Counted from the first letter of the stretch, positions 1 through 9,858 are shown. The stretch is DNA of 64,000 bases from Candidatus Hydrogenedentota bacterium (GCA_963678445.1 OY782877.1:566528-630527), one strand, 5' to 3'. Notes: generated by a model not told the origin, from the letters alone. Made by a program: numbers and translations.

Positions 1-12
1 CGGAAAAGAAAA

Positions 13-384
13 TCATATATCTAATCCATGTGTTTCTATGGCTTTCATCATTAATTCTGTAAATGTATATGTTGTTGGATCAAGGGACAGATATGGAGCA
101 AGCGTACTCAATAGATAATGACGAAACTCTTCTTCATTGGGTTTTGTACCCGGAGCCCTTGCCAAAACAACAACCCCACGTCTACCTCTTGAAAACCACC
201 CCTTCTTCTTTTCGTTATCTCTAACCAGAAGCTCAATCGGGCATGCTTTACTATCAAAACATCTATTGATATCTGCATCGCTTTCAATGCTTTCAGGCTC
301 GAGATAAGCTTCTGCTATTTTTACGGTCCGAAATATACTTAGACAACATGGACCTTCGAAAAAGAATATGGGGGGAGTAATCAT
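13..384 (-). CDS. hypothetical protein, 123 aa, no recognisable family
   Basis: Intact ORF in a visibly AT-rich stretch at the window edge. I can assign no motif. Confidence 0.35.
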   Translation of the reverse strand: MITPPIFFFEGPCCLSIFRTVKIAEAYLEPESIESDADINRCFDSKACPIELLVRDNEKKKGWFSRGRRGVVVLARAPGTKPNEEEFRHYLLSTLAPYLSLDPTTYTFTELMMKAIETHGLDI

Positions 385-754
385 CAGAATCTATCCCAAA
401 AACTTTTGTCACACCTTTTTCCCAAGGCGCTAACGCTTGAATCCTTGTCCCTCAGGGAAAGGAGACATTGATGGCCGCAATACCAATGCATGTATTTGAC
501 TTGTGGATAATTTATCGAATTCCCAAATGGTGCAACTCGAAAATCGTCAGCAGACTTGAACTCCTTGCCATCACGTACTGACGAACTATAATAGAAAGCA
601 AAGAATCAAAGTAACATCAACGCAGCTACCTATGGAGAACTAGAAATTCGCTATATCCATTTTCGCTGAATATACAACAACGGACGTACGAATAGTTCTG
701 CTAATATAATCCCATAAAACATCGCAAGCAAGACACGGAAAAAATCTACTGCAA

Positions 755-860
755 TCCATGAAGCGGTCCAGCGACCGCAAGCAATAGGTATGATCCTTGA
801 CATGCGTAGGCGCAGCAAAAATTCTGCTTTTTATGGAAGTCTTTCAGATTTTATCCATTA
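755..860 (+). repeat. Family-A structured repeat, solitary copy
   Basis: gcggtccagcgaccgc hairpin at 763-778, then aagcaataggtatg... and a ...tttcagatttt tail. It aligns with the 99-bp units at 18433-18835. Confidence 0.7.
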
Positions 861-1119
861 ACGTATTAAGGCGCGGTCAATCGCTTCGATTAAGGCAACA
901 AGCCCCCCACTCAAATATGCAACGCGAAGCATTTCCTTGCCAATAAAAACATTAACAGTACAGACAACTAATATATATGATTATAGCTCAACCAGCCAAA
1001 AATAAACCATACATAGCACTCTTTCCCTTGTGGGTAGATATAGACACACCAAAACGCCGGGAAAGGAACGATACCTTTCCCGGCGCAACATTCTACTCAA
1101 AGTAGTAGCGGGCGGAAAA

Positions 1120-1479
1120 TTAGCCGTTGCGACGTTTGGCTTTTACGCGGGCCGCTTTACCACTGCGTTCGCGCAAGTAGTAAAGTTTAGCGCGACGTAC
1201 CCGCGCTTCACGGACCACATCGACTTTCGCCACGCGTGGCGAATGTAAGGGGAAAACGCGTTCGACGCCTTCATTGTTGGCAACGCGACGTACCGTAAAG
1301 GTAGCATTCGGACCGTCACCACCGTTGCGGCCGATAACAACGCCTTCATAGACCTGGATACGTTCTTTTTCGCCTTCAACGATCCGGAAATGCACACGCA
1401 CCGTGTCGCCGATGCCGAACGTGGGAACATTTTCCGGCGCTTTCATATATTTTCTGCTGACTTCATCTACCAAGTTCAC
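1120..1479 (-). CDS. rplS: 50S ribosomal protein L19
   Basis: 119-aa translation (..[29 protein letters not shown]..) is a typical L19. Conserved rimM-trmD-rplS synteny. Confidence 0.95.
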   Translation of the reverse strand: MNLVDEVSRKYMKAPENVPTFGIGDTVRVHFRIVEGEKERIQVYEGVVIGRNGGDGPNATFTVRRVANNEGVERVFPLHSPRVAKVDVVREARVRRAKLYYLRERSGKAARVKAKRRNG

Positions 1480-1581
1480 GGTACCGTCTCCCTAAGTGGC
1501 CCGGGCCACGCCCAATATACATCCCACTTGGTTGTGCAGGAATTGTCCTGCCTACGCCAATATTTTATTCATTCGATTATG

Positions 1582-2319
1582 CTAATCCGAGGCCGACCGT
1601 TCCTGCTCAAGCTCTGCAAGCAAGGCGCGATCTTCGTCGGTCAATTCGGTCAATAAATCCGGACGGCGCATTTGGGTAACCCGCAGTGCCTCTTTGCGAC
1701 GCCAGCGTGCGATTGCCGCATGATTGCCGCTAAGGAGTACCTGCGGCACTTCCATGCCGCAAAACGCCGGTGGCCGGGTGTATTGCGGTGCGCCCAGTAT
1801 TCCTGTATAGAACGAGTCCGTTGCAACGGATTCCCACTTACCAATCACGCCGGGCAACATACGACTAAGCGCCTCAATCATGACCAATGCAGGTAGTTCT
1901 CCGCCACTAAGGACGTAGTCACCGATGGAAACCTCGTCGGTTATCAGCGACTGGGATACTCGTTCGTCCACGCCCTCATAGCGCGCACAGACCAAAACCA
2001 GGTCTTTTTCTTGTGCCAGCTCACGCACATAGCGCTGCGTGAGCGGACGCCCGCGGGGGGACATGAGTATCACCCGTTCTAACGAATTCTTTCCTTTTAA
2101 ACTGTCTGCAGCGGCAAACAACGGGCCGCATTGCATCACCATCCCCGCGCCTCCGCCGTAGGGTTCGTCATCGACTGTACGATGCCGGTCCGTTGCAAAG
2201 TCACGGATATTGGTCAAACCGACTTCCAGCAAGCCTTTTTCGAGGGCCTTGCCCAGCAAGCTGGCCGAAAGTACTCCGTCGAGGATTTCCGGAAAGAGTG
2301 TCAGTACATCAATACGCAT
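1582..2319 (-). CDS. trmD: tRNA (guanine37-N1)-methyltransferase
   Basis: MRIDVLTLFPE.. N-terminus and ..DDEPYGGGAGMVM.. / ..SIGDYVLSGGELPA.. motifs are typical of TrmD. Synteny supports the call. Confidence 0.95.
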   Translation of the reverse strand: MRIDVLTLFPEILDGVLSASLLGKALEKGLLEVGLTNIRDFATDRHRTVDDEPYGGGAGMVMQCGPLFAAADSLKGKNSLERVILMSPRGRPLTQRYVRELAQEKDLVLVCARYEGVDERVSQSLITDEVSIGDYVLSGGELPALVMIEALSRMLPGVIGKWESVATDSFYTGILGAPQYTRPPAFCGMEVPQVLLSGNHAAIARWRRKEALRVTQMRRPDLLTELTDEDRALLAELEQERSASD

Positions 2320-2331
2320 CTCCGGATCATC

Positions 2332-2904
2332 CTACTCTTCTTCATCCACCACGTAGGCTGCGATATCACCTACTTGTATCTGCGCAGTATCTACGTCGAT
2401 GGACAGCACTATTTCTTTTATCAATGGCAGCAGCAGCTCGCCTCCTTGAGGCTTCTCCACGAGAATGGCGTGGTTTTCCGCTGTCGTATATACCGTGGTG
2501 ACAACACCCAGCACCGATGCATTCGCATCTACAACCGTCATCCCTTCCAGGGCAGGCAAAGGCCATTCCGACTCTGGCGGCTCATGGCATTCTTCTGCGA
2601 GCAAGACGATATGCGCACCGCGCATATCGGTAATGCGGTCCCGTGGGGTTCCTGGCGTCAACGTTATCAACACATCCCGATCCGTTATCTTCACATGCGC
2701 CACTTTACAGCGCAGCATGCTTTGATTAGCGAAACGCACGCGCATCCACGTCAATGCCGTAAACTCATGTTCGTGTTCATTCCTGGCCTGAACACGAACC
2801 GTCCGGCGTACGGGGTGTATCGAACGGATACTGCCGATTTCTATCCAGGACGACGCATCGTCCGGGTGTCCATCGCCGTTATTCGACGATCTCCAGGGTT
2901 GCAT
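2332..2904 (-). CDS. rimM: 16S rRNA processing protein RimM
   Basis: Position between the KH protein gene and trmD, with a RimM-like N-terminal beta-barrel plus PRC-barrel-like C-terminus. The start is uncertain because the ORF overlaps the KH gene by 26 nt. Confidence 0.8.
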   Translation of the reverse strand: MQPWRSSNNGDGHPDDASSWIEIGSIRSIHPVRRTVRVQARNEHEHEFTALTWMRVRFANQSMLRCKVAHVKITDRDVLITLTPGTPRDRITDMRGAHIVLLAEECHEPPESEWPLPALEGMTVVDANASVLGVVTTVYTTAENHAILVEKPQGGELLLPLIKEIVLSIDVDTAQIQVGDIAAYVVDEEE

Positions 2905-3109
2905 GAAGACTCGCTTTCGCCGCAGCGGAGTTCAGCAATGTACGCATCGCCTTAGCCGTACGTCCACTTTTACCAATCACACGTCCCATATCGGTTTCGT
3001 GTACGCGCAATTTGAAATCATGTCCATCTTCGGACTCGATCAGTTGCACTTGAACATCTTCGGGATGCTCGACCAATTTTTTCGCAATGAATTCGATGAG
3101 TTCTTTCAC
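2879..3109 (-). CDS. KH-domain RNA-binding protein (YlqC/UPF0109 family)
   Basis: 76 aa with ..GRVIGKSGRTAKAMRTLL.. (KH GXXG loop). Canonical position between rpsP and rimM. Confidence 0.85.
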   Translation of the reverse strand: MKELIEFIAKKLVEHPEDVQVQLIESEDGHDFKLRVHETDMGRVIGKSGRTAKAMRTLLNSAAAKASLHATLEIVE

Positions 3110-3126
3110 AACTATACTTCCGATCT

Positions 3127-3540
3127 TTATTCGCCTTCTTCAGGCGTTTCTTCTGTGGCTTCTTCTGTTTCCGCGGAGGCTTCTTCGGGTGCTTTTTCAC
3201 TAGGCGGCGGCGCAGAATTGAAGCCCTTGTCTTCCACGGCCTCATCTTTTACGACTGCGACACTTTCTTCCGGCACGGTGCCCTCATGAAAATGCTTCAG
3301 TACGCCCAATTTGCTCAATACGCTACGGGCTGTATCCGACATCGTCGCCCCTTTGTTCAGCCACGACAGCGCTTTGGCCACATCAACTTCGGATACCGGC
3401 TCAGGCCGTGCACACGGATGGTAAATGCCTAGTGTATCGATTTCTGGGCCGCGATCCCGAGAACGGGAATCTTGTACGACAATGCGATAGTACGGCTTGT
3501 GTGTGCGACCGCCACGCCTCATTCTGATTACTGTTGCCAT
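3127..3540 (-). CDS. rpsP: 30S ribosomal protein S16 with an acidic C-terminal extension
   Basis: N-terminus MATVIRMRRGGRTHKPYYRIVV.. is typical S16. The last ~55 aa are E/A/P-rich. Confidence 0.95.
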   Translation of the reverse strand: MATVIRMRRGGRTHKPYYRIVVQDSRSRDRGPEIDTLGIYHPCARPEPVSEVDVAKALSWLNKGATMSDTARSVLSKLGVLKHFHEGTVPEESVAVVKDEAVEDKGFNSAPPPSEKAPEEASAETEEATEETPEEGE

Positions 3541-3558
3541 TGTTTTCCTCTTTCGTTT

Positions 3559-4911
3559 CTAGAAGGGCAAAGATCCCATCCCGCGGGACCCTTTGCCGCG
3601 TAGTCCTCGACCTTTCGCACCCTTCATCATCTGCTTCATCATCTTGCGCATCTTTTCAAAATCTTTAAGAAGCGCATTAACATCTTGAATAGTCGTGCCG
3701 CTACCTGCGGCGATACGGCGACGGCGACTGCCGTTAATCAACTTAGGATTGCGACGTTCCTTCAGCGTCATCGAATATATGATCGCCTCGGTATATTTCA
3801 ACTCATCCTCGGCGCCGTCCAGCATATTTTGGGGCATCATTTTGCCCATACCGGGAATCTTTTTCAACATGTCGCCCATGTTGCCCATTTTCTTGACCTG
3901 CTGCATCTGCTGCAGAAAGTCTTCCAGATCCCAGTTCCCTTTGCGCGCCTTCTTCTGGAAGCGAACCGCCTTGTCCTGGTCCACCACCTCCTGCGCTTTT
4001 TCAACCAGCGAAACTACATCGCCCATACCCAAAATTTGGTCGGCCATGCGCTGGGGATAAAACGCCTCTAAGGCTTCCAGCTTTTCGCCTGTACCTACAA
4101 ACTTAATGGGACAGCCGGTCACTTCAATCAAACTGATGGCAGCACCACCACGGGCATCACCATCCATCTGAGTCAGAATTACGCCTGTCAGCGGCAACGT
4201 TTCGTGAAACTGCTGCGCAGACTTGACCGCGTCCTGACCCGTCATTGAATTCGCTACGAACAAAATCTCGTGCGGCGTCACCTGATTGGCGATTTGTCGC
4301 ACTTCACCCATCATCGCCGAATCCACATGCAAACGACCGGCAGTATCCAGAATAATCGTATCGCAGCCGCGCATTTGCGCTTCGCCGCGCGCCATCAGAC
4401 AGGTGTCTACCGGATTGGCGTTTTCACCCAAGCTGAAACACTCAACCCCGGCCTGTTTGGCCACAATTTCCAACTGCTTAATCGCCGCAGGACGGTACAC
4501 ATCCGCCCCTACCAACAGCGGCTTTTGCCCTTTTTTCTTGAGCATAAGGGCCAATTTGCCCGCTGTAGTCGTTTTACCTTGTCCCTGCAACCCCACCATC
4601 ATAATAATCGTCGGCGGCGTACCAGCGCGCTTCAAGCCCTCATGTTTGACACCCATGAGGCGGACCAGCTCGTCATGTACAATCTTGACGATCTGCTGAC
4701 CCGGCTTGACGCTTTGTAAAACCTTTTGCCCTTCCGCCTCCGCCTGCACATCGTTAATGAATTTTTTGACAACTTTGTAATTGACGTCCGCTTCCAGCAG
4801 GGCCATGCGGATCTGCTGCAAGCCATCCTTCATATTCTTTTCGGTCAGATGGCCCTGACCACGAATATTCTTAAAGGCGGAATCCAGCTTTTGTGTCAGT
4901 GTTTCAAACAT
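3559..4911 (-). CDS. ffh: signal recognition particle protein Ffh
   Basis: 450 aa with GLQGQGKTTTAGKLA P-loop, DTAGRL and TQMDGDARGGAA motifs, and a methionine-rich M domain. Confidence 0.97.
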   Translation of the reverse strand: MFETLTQKLDSAFKNIRGQGHLTEKNMKDGLQQIRMALLEADVNYKVVKKFINDVQAEAEGQKVLQSVKPGQQIVKIVHDELVRLMGVKHEGLKRAGTPPTIIMMVGLQGQGKTTTAGKLALMLKKKGQKPLLVGADVYRPAAIKQLEIVAKQAGVECFSLGENANPVDTCLMARGEAQMRGCDTIILDTAGRLHVDSAMMGEVRQIANQVTPHEILFVANSMTGQDAVKSAQQFHETLPLTGVILTQMDGDARGGAAISLIEVTGCPIKFVGTGEKLEALEAFYPQRMADQILGMGDVVSLVEKAQEVVDQDKAVRFQKKARKGNWDLEDFLQQMQQVKKMGNMGDMLKKIPGMGKMMPQNMLDGAEDELKYTEAIIYSMTLKERRNPKLINGSRRRRIAAGSGTTIQDVNALLKDFEKMRKMMKQMMKGAKGRGLRGKGSRGMGSLPF

Positions 4912-5081
4912 TATCGGTGTCTTGCTTTATTCTGGTTTTAAATTCTGCACTCGTTCACGATCTCTAAAACCGCTTTAGGCAGATCACACCCCGAACAGGT
5001 CGGTGAGTCTACCACAGAAAGAGATACAACTTCAATACTTATCCCAAGCTTTTCGGACACAGCCTCCTGAGGCGTAGACAG

Positions 5082-5381
5082 CTACGGCGAGGACTGGCGC
5101 ATCTTTCGGTTGAGGCGGTAGACAAAGGCGAGTATTTCGGCGACTGCCTGGTATAATTCCGGTGGAATTTCAACCCCTACCTCAAGTTGAGCAAGTACAG
5201 CACTTAAATCCGGATCGGGATGAACGGGTATATTGTGCTGCTGTGCCAAAGCAATTATTTTTTCAGCTAATAAACGTTGCCCCTTTGCAACAATACGCGG
5301 CGCGGCTTCGGTTTCAGTGTCATAGCGCAACGCCACAGCGCGCTTAAAGGCACCCGGCTTTTTTTTCTGTTCATCCTGCAT
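5082..5381 (-). CDS. FlhB C-terminal-domain-only protein (YlqH / EscU-YscU-HrcU C-terminal family)
   Basis: 99 aa. ..AVALRYDTETEAAPRIVAKGQRLLAEKII..IPV..DPDL..IPPELYQAVAEILAFVY aligns with the FlhB segment just after the NPTH cleavage site. There is no TM domain and no NPTH. Confidence 0.8.
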   Translation of the reverse strand: MQDEQKKKPGAFKRAVALRYDTETEAAPRIVAKGQRLLAEKIIALAQQHNIPVHPDPDLSAVLAQLEVGVEIPPELYQAVAEILAFVYRLNRKMRQSSP

Positions 5382-5506
5382 AATTTACGTGGTAACTATC
5401 CCAAAATTTCTTATAAAAAGCAAATTCTTGTTGTCGTCATACGTAGTAAGGATACTGGCTGGCTGTTTGTGACAGTGGTCAGCTGTTTTGTGTCGCGCAA
5501 AGTCTG

Positions 5507-6739
5507 TCATGCCTGCAGATTCACATTCTTAAATCGCTGCATCAGGCGCACGCATGCCTGCACCCGGTCGCCATCCCACAGGGACACGCGGATGTGTGGT
5601 GTCACATACCCCACCTCTGCCAGCTCCTTCGAAAGCGCTTGCGCATTGCCCTCAAGCAACGCCACAATATCGGGCCGCGTGGCGCGAAAATGGCACTGGC
5701 ACTGATTCTGGCTGACGTGAAAGGTAATCCAAAGGGGTCCCAGCCGGGTCAACGTGATATCCAGCACAACCGTTGCATTTTTCTTATCAAAACGCTGCTT
5801 GGAGGCGTGCCCGTCGGCGAAAAAATGCAGTTGGGCATCATAAAGTGCTTCTCCAGGCGGCAAAGGCAGTTCGAGAAAAAGGTACGGTTGTTCCTGATTA
5901 CGCAAATTCTGCCACTGCCCCCCATCCAAACGTTCCGTAATACGTTGCACTACCTGATCGAAAGCGTTCTTTTTTTGTGCCTCTAAAAGGTACTGCTGAA
6001 AATCCTTGTCCTGCTGCAAACGAGCCAGCGTAATAAGGAGGCGTAATGCTGGAGGCAGCGTTGCTTCGTCCAGCATGGCCGTATCCGCAACTACTTTGGC
6101 CAGAAAGCCTTCCAGACTCTGCCCTTTTCCAAGCATGGCCAGCGCCTTGCGAAAGCTTTTTTCGTCACCCGTCTGAAACGCACCCAGACAATTCAACAAG
6201 AGGGTATAGGTGCCCGAATCCAACGCGCCTGCCGTATGGGCGTCTGCCAAAGTGAGGGCAAGCGATTGCAAATCCGCGCCGGTCTTCCCCTGCTGGGTAA
6301 ACAGGTTGAAAAGCTGGCGAATCACGGCACTTTCCTGCGGAAGCTGTCGGGGAAGTAACTGTAGGGCGTCCCGTTCCGAAAGGGCTCCTTCCAACATGTC
6401 CAGCACGGAGTTCAACATCGGCATGATTGAGGCCTGTCCAGACGTCGCGGACGAAGCTGGCGGAGCGGAAGATTGTGGTTGGGGTGAAACACGTACCTGG
6501 AATTGCCCTGGCTTTTTGCCCTGAAGAATCTCCACCCAAACCGACTGCCCGGGGACCAAGGCCGCGGCGGATTGCGCATCAAGGGGGATGCGTAGGCCAC
6601 TGAGCATTAAAAAAAGTTGCGGCGACCGTCCTTGTACAAGGGTAGAAACTCGTTGTCCCACATGCAGGTCGGCGGGAAGGAGCGCTCCATTCCCAGGGGA
6701 AAACGTGGTCGTAATAGGGATTGGGGCATTAGTAAACAT
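5507..6739 (-). CDS. FliK-like (flagellar hook-length control-like) protein
   Basis: 410 aa, P/Q/S-rich centre, C-terminal block ..VVLDITLTRLGPLWITFHVSQNQCQCHFRA..ALLEGNAQALSKELAEVGY.. resembling the FliK C-terminal (Flg_hook) domain. Sits directly upstream of the FlhB-CTD gene. Confidence 0.5.
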   Translation of the reverse strand: MFTNAPIPITTTFSPGNGALLPADLHVGQRVSTLVQGRSPQLFLMLSGLRIPLDAQSAAALVPGQSVWVEILQGKKPGQFQVRVSPQPQSSAPPASSATSGQASIMPMLNSVLDMLEGALSERDALQLLPRQLPQESAVIRQLFNLFTQQGKTGADLQSLALTLADAHTAGALDSGTYTLLLNCLGAFQTGDEKSFRKALAMLGKGQSLEGFLAKVVADTAMLDEATLPPALRLLITLARLQQDKDFQQYLLEAQKKNAFDQVVQRITERLDGGQWQNLRNQEQPYLFLELPLPPGEALYDAQLHFFADGHASKQRFDKKNATVVLDITLTRLGPLWITFHVSQNQCQCHFRATRPDIVALLEGNAQALSKELAEVGYVTPHIRVSLWDGDRVQACVRLMQRFKNVNLQA

Positions 6740-6763
6740 AAACGGAATAGCTTTCCGAACACC

Positions 6764-7714
6764 TCATTTTTTCTTCTGTCTGCCCAGACTGAGCATGAGG
6801 CGAACTTCGCCTTTTCCGATGCCCAGCTCCCGGGCAATCTCGGGCACGGCCATGCCCGCTTCATTATAAGCAATCACGCGTTTTTGTAACGGGGCCATCG
6901 GATTGATCTTTTCTTCTTTGCTCGCCGTGTCTTGTGCCGACACACGCGCCCCACTTCCTTTGTCCGCTGTTGTCCCCTGTGCCCCCTGCTCGGTAATCAC
7001 CGAAGCAGTCCCTTGTTCCATTGCTGGCTCCATATCCAACAAAGTACGAAAGGCATCTCTGCTTTTCAGTACCTCCTCCTGTGTCTCTATCGGCGCATCC
7101 CCGTCATCTTCCTTCTCCTCCTCCGCTATCGCCAGCGAAGTTTCCAGCGGCTCTTCAGCGCTGGCAGGGGTGTCTTTGTTCAACTCGGACCAGAATTGTG
7201 TAAGTGGCGACTGGGCAAGTGGCGAGGCTTGCTGCTGCGGTTGCTCTACCGGCATCGCTGCTTCGTCGGAATCGCTACGCAGCGACGGACCGAAGTGCTC
7301 CTCTTGCGGCAGCATCTCCTCCTTCTCCGGCGCATCCTGCAAATAGATTATCTGGCGTTGCAAACTGCGCAACTGTTCCTGGGCTTCATCCAACTGTTCC
7401 CGCAAGACCTGTTGTTGCTCATACAGCTGCTCATTACGCTCTACCCCCTGCGCAAGAACCTGTTGCACCAGGGCCATTTTTTTGTCCAGTTCCGCATTAA
7501 ACTCCCGCGCCAATGATTTTTGCTGCCCGATAATATCCCGCATCGTCTGAAAAAGAATCATCATGTCAGCGATGTCGGTTTTGGTTTGCTTCAGGCGCGT
7601 ACGTTCCTTTTTTTCATTGCGACGGTAGAGAAAAATAAGCAAGACGAAACAGACGCTGGCGCAGATTCCAAGTCCGTATGCGCTGAACTGAAGTAGCGTG
7701 AATAACTGTCCCAT
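6764..7714 (-). CDS. membrane-anchored coiled-coil protein with a C-terminal helix-turn-helix
   Basis: N-terminal TM helix (AYGLGICASVCFVLLIFLY), a long Q/E/L-rich coiled coil, an acidic linker, and C-terminal ..YNEAGMAVPEIARELGIGKGEVRLMLSL.. (sigma70-region-4/LuxR-like HTH). Last gene of the fliM-fliA block. Confidence 0.5.
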   Translation of the reverse strand: MGQLFTLLQFSAYGLGICASVCFVLLIFLYRRNEKKERTRLKQTKTDIADMMILFQTMRDIIGQQKSLAREFNAELDKKMALVQQVLAQGVERNEQLYEQQQVLREQLDEAQEQLRSLQRQIIYLQDAPEKEEMLPQEEHFGPSLRSDSDEAAMPVEQPQQQASPLAQSPLTQFWSELNKDTPASAEEPLETSLAIAEEEKEDDGDAPIETQEEVLKSRDAFRTLLDMEPAMEQGTASVITEQGAQGTTADKGSGARVSAQDTASKEEKINPMAPLQKRVIAYNEAGMAVPEIARELGIGKGEVRLMLSLGRQKKK

Positions 7715-7804
7715 GAAACGTATCTTAACCCTTTACCAACCGAACGATCGAATGGACGCTGTCGTTTTCCCCATAAAATGCGGGCATTTTTCAAACCCGT
7801 CTTG

Positions 7805-8149
7805 CTAAATCGTAATATCCAGTGAATGCTCATCTGGATCATCCGCCACCTCCGTATGTTCATCTGCCGTATAAAACGTGTGCAGATGCTTCTCCTTGTC
7901 TTTGTCTCCCCGTTTTTTGCGACGGCGTAAAAGATAGGGATTTTTGCGCGCCAATTCCTCGTCTACCTCAGCGCTCTTCTGGTTCATCTGCCGCACCTGC
8001 GTTTCAACATCTACCTGCTTATTGGCAGTTTCGGCGCTCTGACGGGCCTGCGCCGCCAGCGAAGCACGATCAGCAATTTGCTGTATGCGCTCCGCCGCTG
8101 TAATACGCATAATCTCCGTATTTGGATCGATGGGCTGCGGCATGCTCAC
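7805..8149 (-). CDS. hypothetical 114-aa protein, start overlaps the fliA stop by 4 nt
   Basis: The ATGA overlap with the fliA stop suggests translational coupling. The protein is charged and helical, with no family I can name. Confidence 0.5.
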   Translation of the reverse strand: MSMPQPIDPNTEIMRITAAERIQQIADRASLAAQARQSAETANKQVDVETQVRQMNQKSAEVDEELARKNPYLLRRRKKRGDKDKEKHLHTFYTADEHTEVADDPDEHSLDITI

Positions 8150-8910
8150 TCATCCTCTTGCATCACCTTCCGCAAACGTTTCATGGCCGCGCTGTGGATT
8201 TGACAGACGCGGGATTCGGAAACATCTAGTACAGCACCTATTTCTTTTAATGTCAATTCTTCATAGTAATATAAGTTTAACACTTTTTGCTGTTGATCGG
8301 GCAAACGCAAGATAGCGTGCACCAACTTTTCCTGACGCTCCACCTGCTGCGCCATCTGGCTGGGATTAGGAGCGGAGGCATTGCTCGTCACATCAATTTT
8401 CCGTCCCTCTGAGCTATCTTCATCATCTGAGGGCAGGTAATCATCCAGGGAAAGTATCTGCGCTGTCTGGACTTGTGCGATAGTTGTGTCGACATGATCT
8501 TCCGTAGTACCCAGCACGTCCGCAATCTCTGACACCGTTGGTTCCGAGCCTTTTTCATTGCGCAACTTTTGTTTTGCCTGGCCTACCTTGCGCGCCATCG
8601 TGCGTAAGGAACGTGGCGCCCAGTCCAACGAACGAATCTGATCGATAATCGCGCCACGGATACGTATCGAGGCATATGTAGAGAATTTGATATCCTGCGT
8701 ATGATCAAATTTCTCCACCGCATCCATCAGCCCCATAATACCCCAGCCTATCAAATCGTCCATTTCCACGCTCGAAGGCACATGGATGGCCATACGGCCA
8801 GCGATATACTTGACCACACGCATGTGATGCACGATTAAGTCATCACGCGCGGCACTGTCGCCGTGCTCTTTATACTCTATCCAAAGTTGTTTTTCGTTAA
8901 ACGTACTCAA
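8146..8910 (-). CDS. fliA: flagellar RNA polymerase sigma factor (sigma-28, FliA/WhiG family)
   Basis: 254 aa with sigma70 regions 2, 3 and 4 (..DLIGWGIMGLMDAVEKFD.., ..YYYEELTLKEIGAVLDVSESRVCQIHSAAMKRLR..). Flagellar gene context. Confidence 0.9.
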   Translation of the reverse strand: MSTFNEKQLWIEYKEHGDSAARDDLIVHHMRVVKYIAGRMAIHVPSSVEMDDLIGWGIMGLMDAVEKFDHTQDIKFSTYASIRIRGAIIDQIRSLDWAPRSLRTMARKVGQAKQKLRNEKGSEPTVSEIADVLGTTEDHVDTTIAQVQTAQILSLDDYLPSDDEDSSEGRKIDVTSNASAPNPSQMAQQVERQEKLVHAILRLPDQQQKVLNLYYYEELTLKEIGAVLDVSESRVCQIHSAAMKRLRKVMQEDE

Positions 8911-9848
8911 CGCAAGCTTTCTATCCGTTCACGGGTATTGATTATCTCAGTAATACGTAAACCAAACTTTTCATCCACCACCACCACATCTCCCCGGGCA
9001 ATAAGTTTCCCGTTTATCAATAACTCAATGGGATCATCTACCAGATGTCCCACCTCGACCACAGAACCTGGTCCCAAGTTGAGAATATCCATGATAGGCA
9101 TCTCCACACGGCCAAGACGCGCGGTCGCTTCCAACTGAATATCGAGCACTAAATCCAGATTCGTCTCATTCACCTCCTGCAACGCCCCTTGAGCACCGCC
9201 CTCCTCCGCCTGTGGTTCAAAACCACTCATGATATCACTCATTTCTTCCGGACTAAGCGCTGGTTCTACATTTACACCATCGTCGGCAGCCCCAAGCAAG
9301 TCCTCTGGCGCCAACGCCGGCAAACTGGCGCTGAACACCACCACCGCCTCGCCGGAAAAGCCATCGCCACTGTCGAAATGAAACTGTGCGCCACCAGCAT
9401 CCCCACCCAGCAAGGCCAAAAGATCCGCAGCGGCAGCCGCCCCCGTATCGATCACCTCCACACGCTCCAGCTGCTCCACCATCCGCCCAAAACGTTCCAT
9501 CAGGTTGGTGACACCGCCGCCCAGGGCCGGTTCCGCCACTTCCTTCAGCATCTCCTTGTCCGCCTCATCCAACGCCGCCTTCTGCGCTGGCTCCTCCTCC
9601 TGGATCAGCGCGGAAATACGCACGGCGTCGTCCAGGGAAAACAACAATGCCGCAGCGCCTAAATCATTTTCGATAACACATTGCAGAAGCACAGGAAACT
9701 GTTCCAACCACGCTTCCAACTGCGCCTCTGCCAATGGTTCTACAGGCTGCGCCGTTTGTTGAAACGTGGCTGAAAGCATCGCATCAAAGACGTCAAAGGC
9801 GCCTTTGAGAAAGCCTTCCACCACAATTTTTGCAGCATCCATATTCAT
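8907..9848 (-). CDS. fliN: flagellar motor switch protein, FliN/FliY family
   Basis: The C-terminal ~80 aa (..LDIQLEATARLGRVEMPIMDILNLGPGSVVEV..INGKLIARGDVVVVDEKFGLRITEI..) form a FliN/SpoA domain. The long N-terminal extension resembles FliY. Confidence 0.85.
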   Translation of the reverse strand: MNMDAAKIVVEGFLKGAFDVFDAMLSATFQQTAQPVEPLAEAQLEAWLEQFPVLLQCVIENDLGAAALLFSLDDAVRISALIQEEEPAQKAALDEADKEMLKEVAEPALGGGVTNLMERFGRMVEQLERVEVIDTGAAAAADLLALLGGDAGGAQFHFDSGDGFSGEAVVVFSASLPALAPEDLLGAADDGVNVEPALSPEEMSDIMSGFEPQAEEGGAQGALQEVNETNLDLVLDIQLEATARLGRVEMPIMDILNLGPGSVVEVGHLVDDPIELLINGKLIARGDVVVVDEKFGLRITEIINTRERIESLR

Positions 9849-9858
9849 TCTGCTTGCG

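Noticed and set aside
385-1119. 735-bp AT-rich stretch with no ORF in the track; considered as a pseudogene or RNA gene.
   Set aside because: I could find no extended reading frame, tRNA-like or other structured motif apart from the Family-A repeat copy at 755-860. There is not enough evidence for any call.
1329-1336. GCCGATAA, the sigma-28 -10 consensus.
   Set aside because: It lies inside rplS on the non-coding strand, with no TAAA -35 element at the right spacing and no downstream flagellar gene.
2131-2955. 274-aa plus-strand ORF.
   Set aside because: It is antisense to trmD and rimM, which are unambiguous. It has no recognisable sequence.
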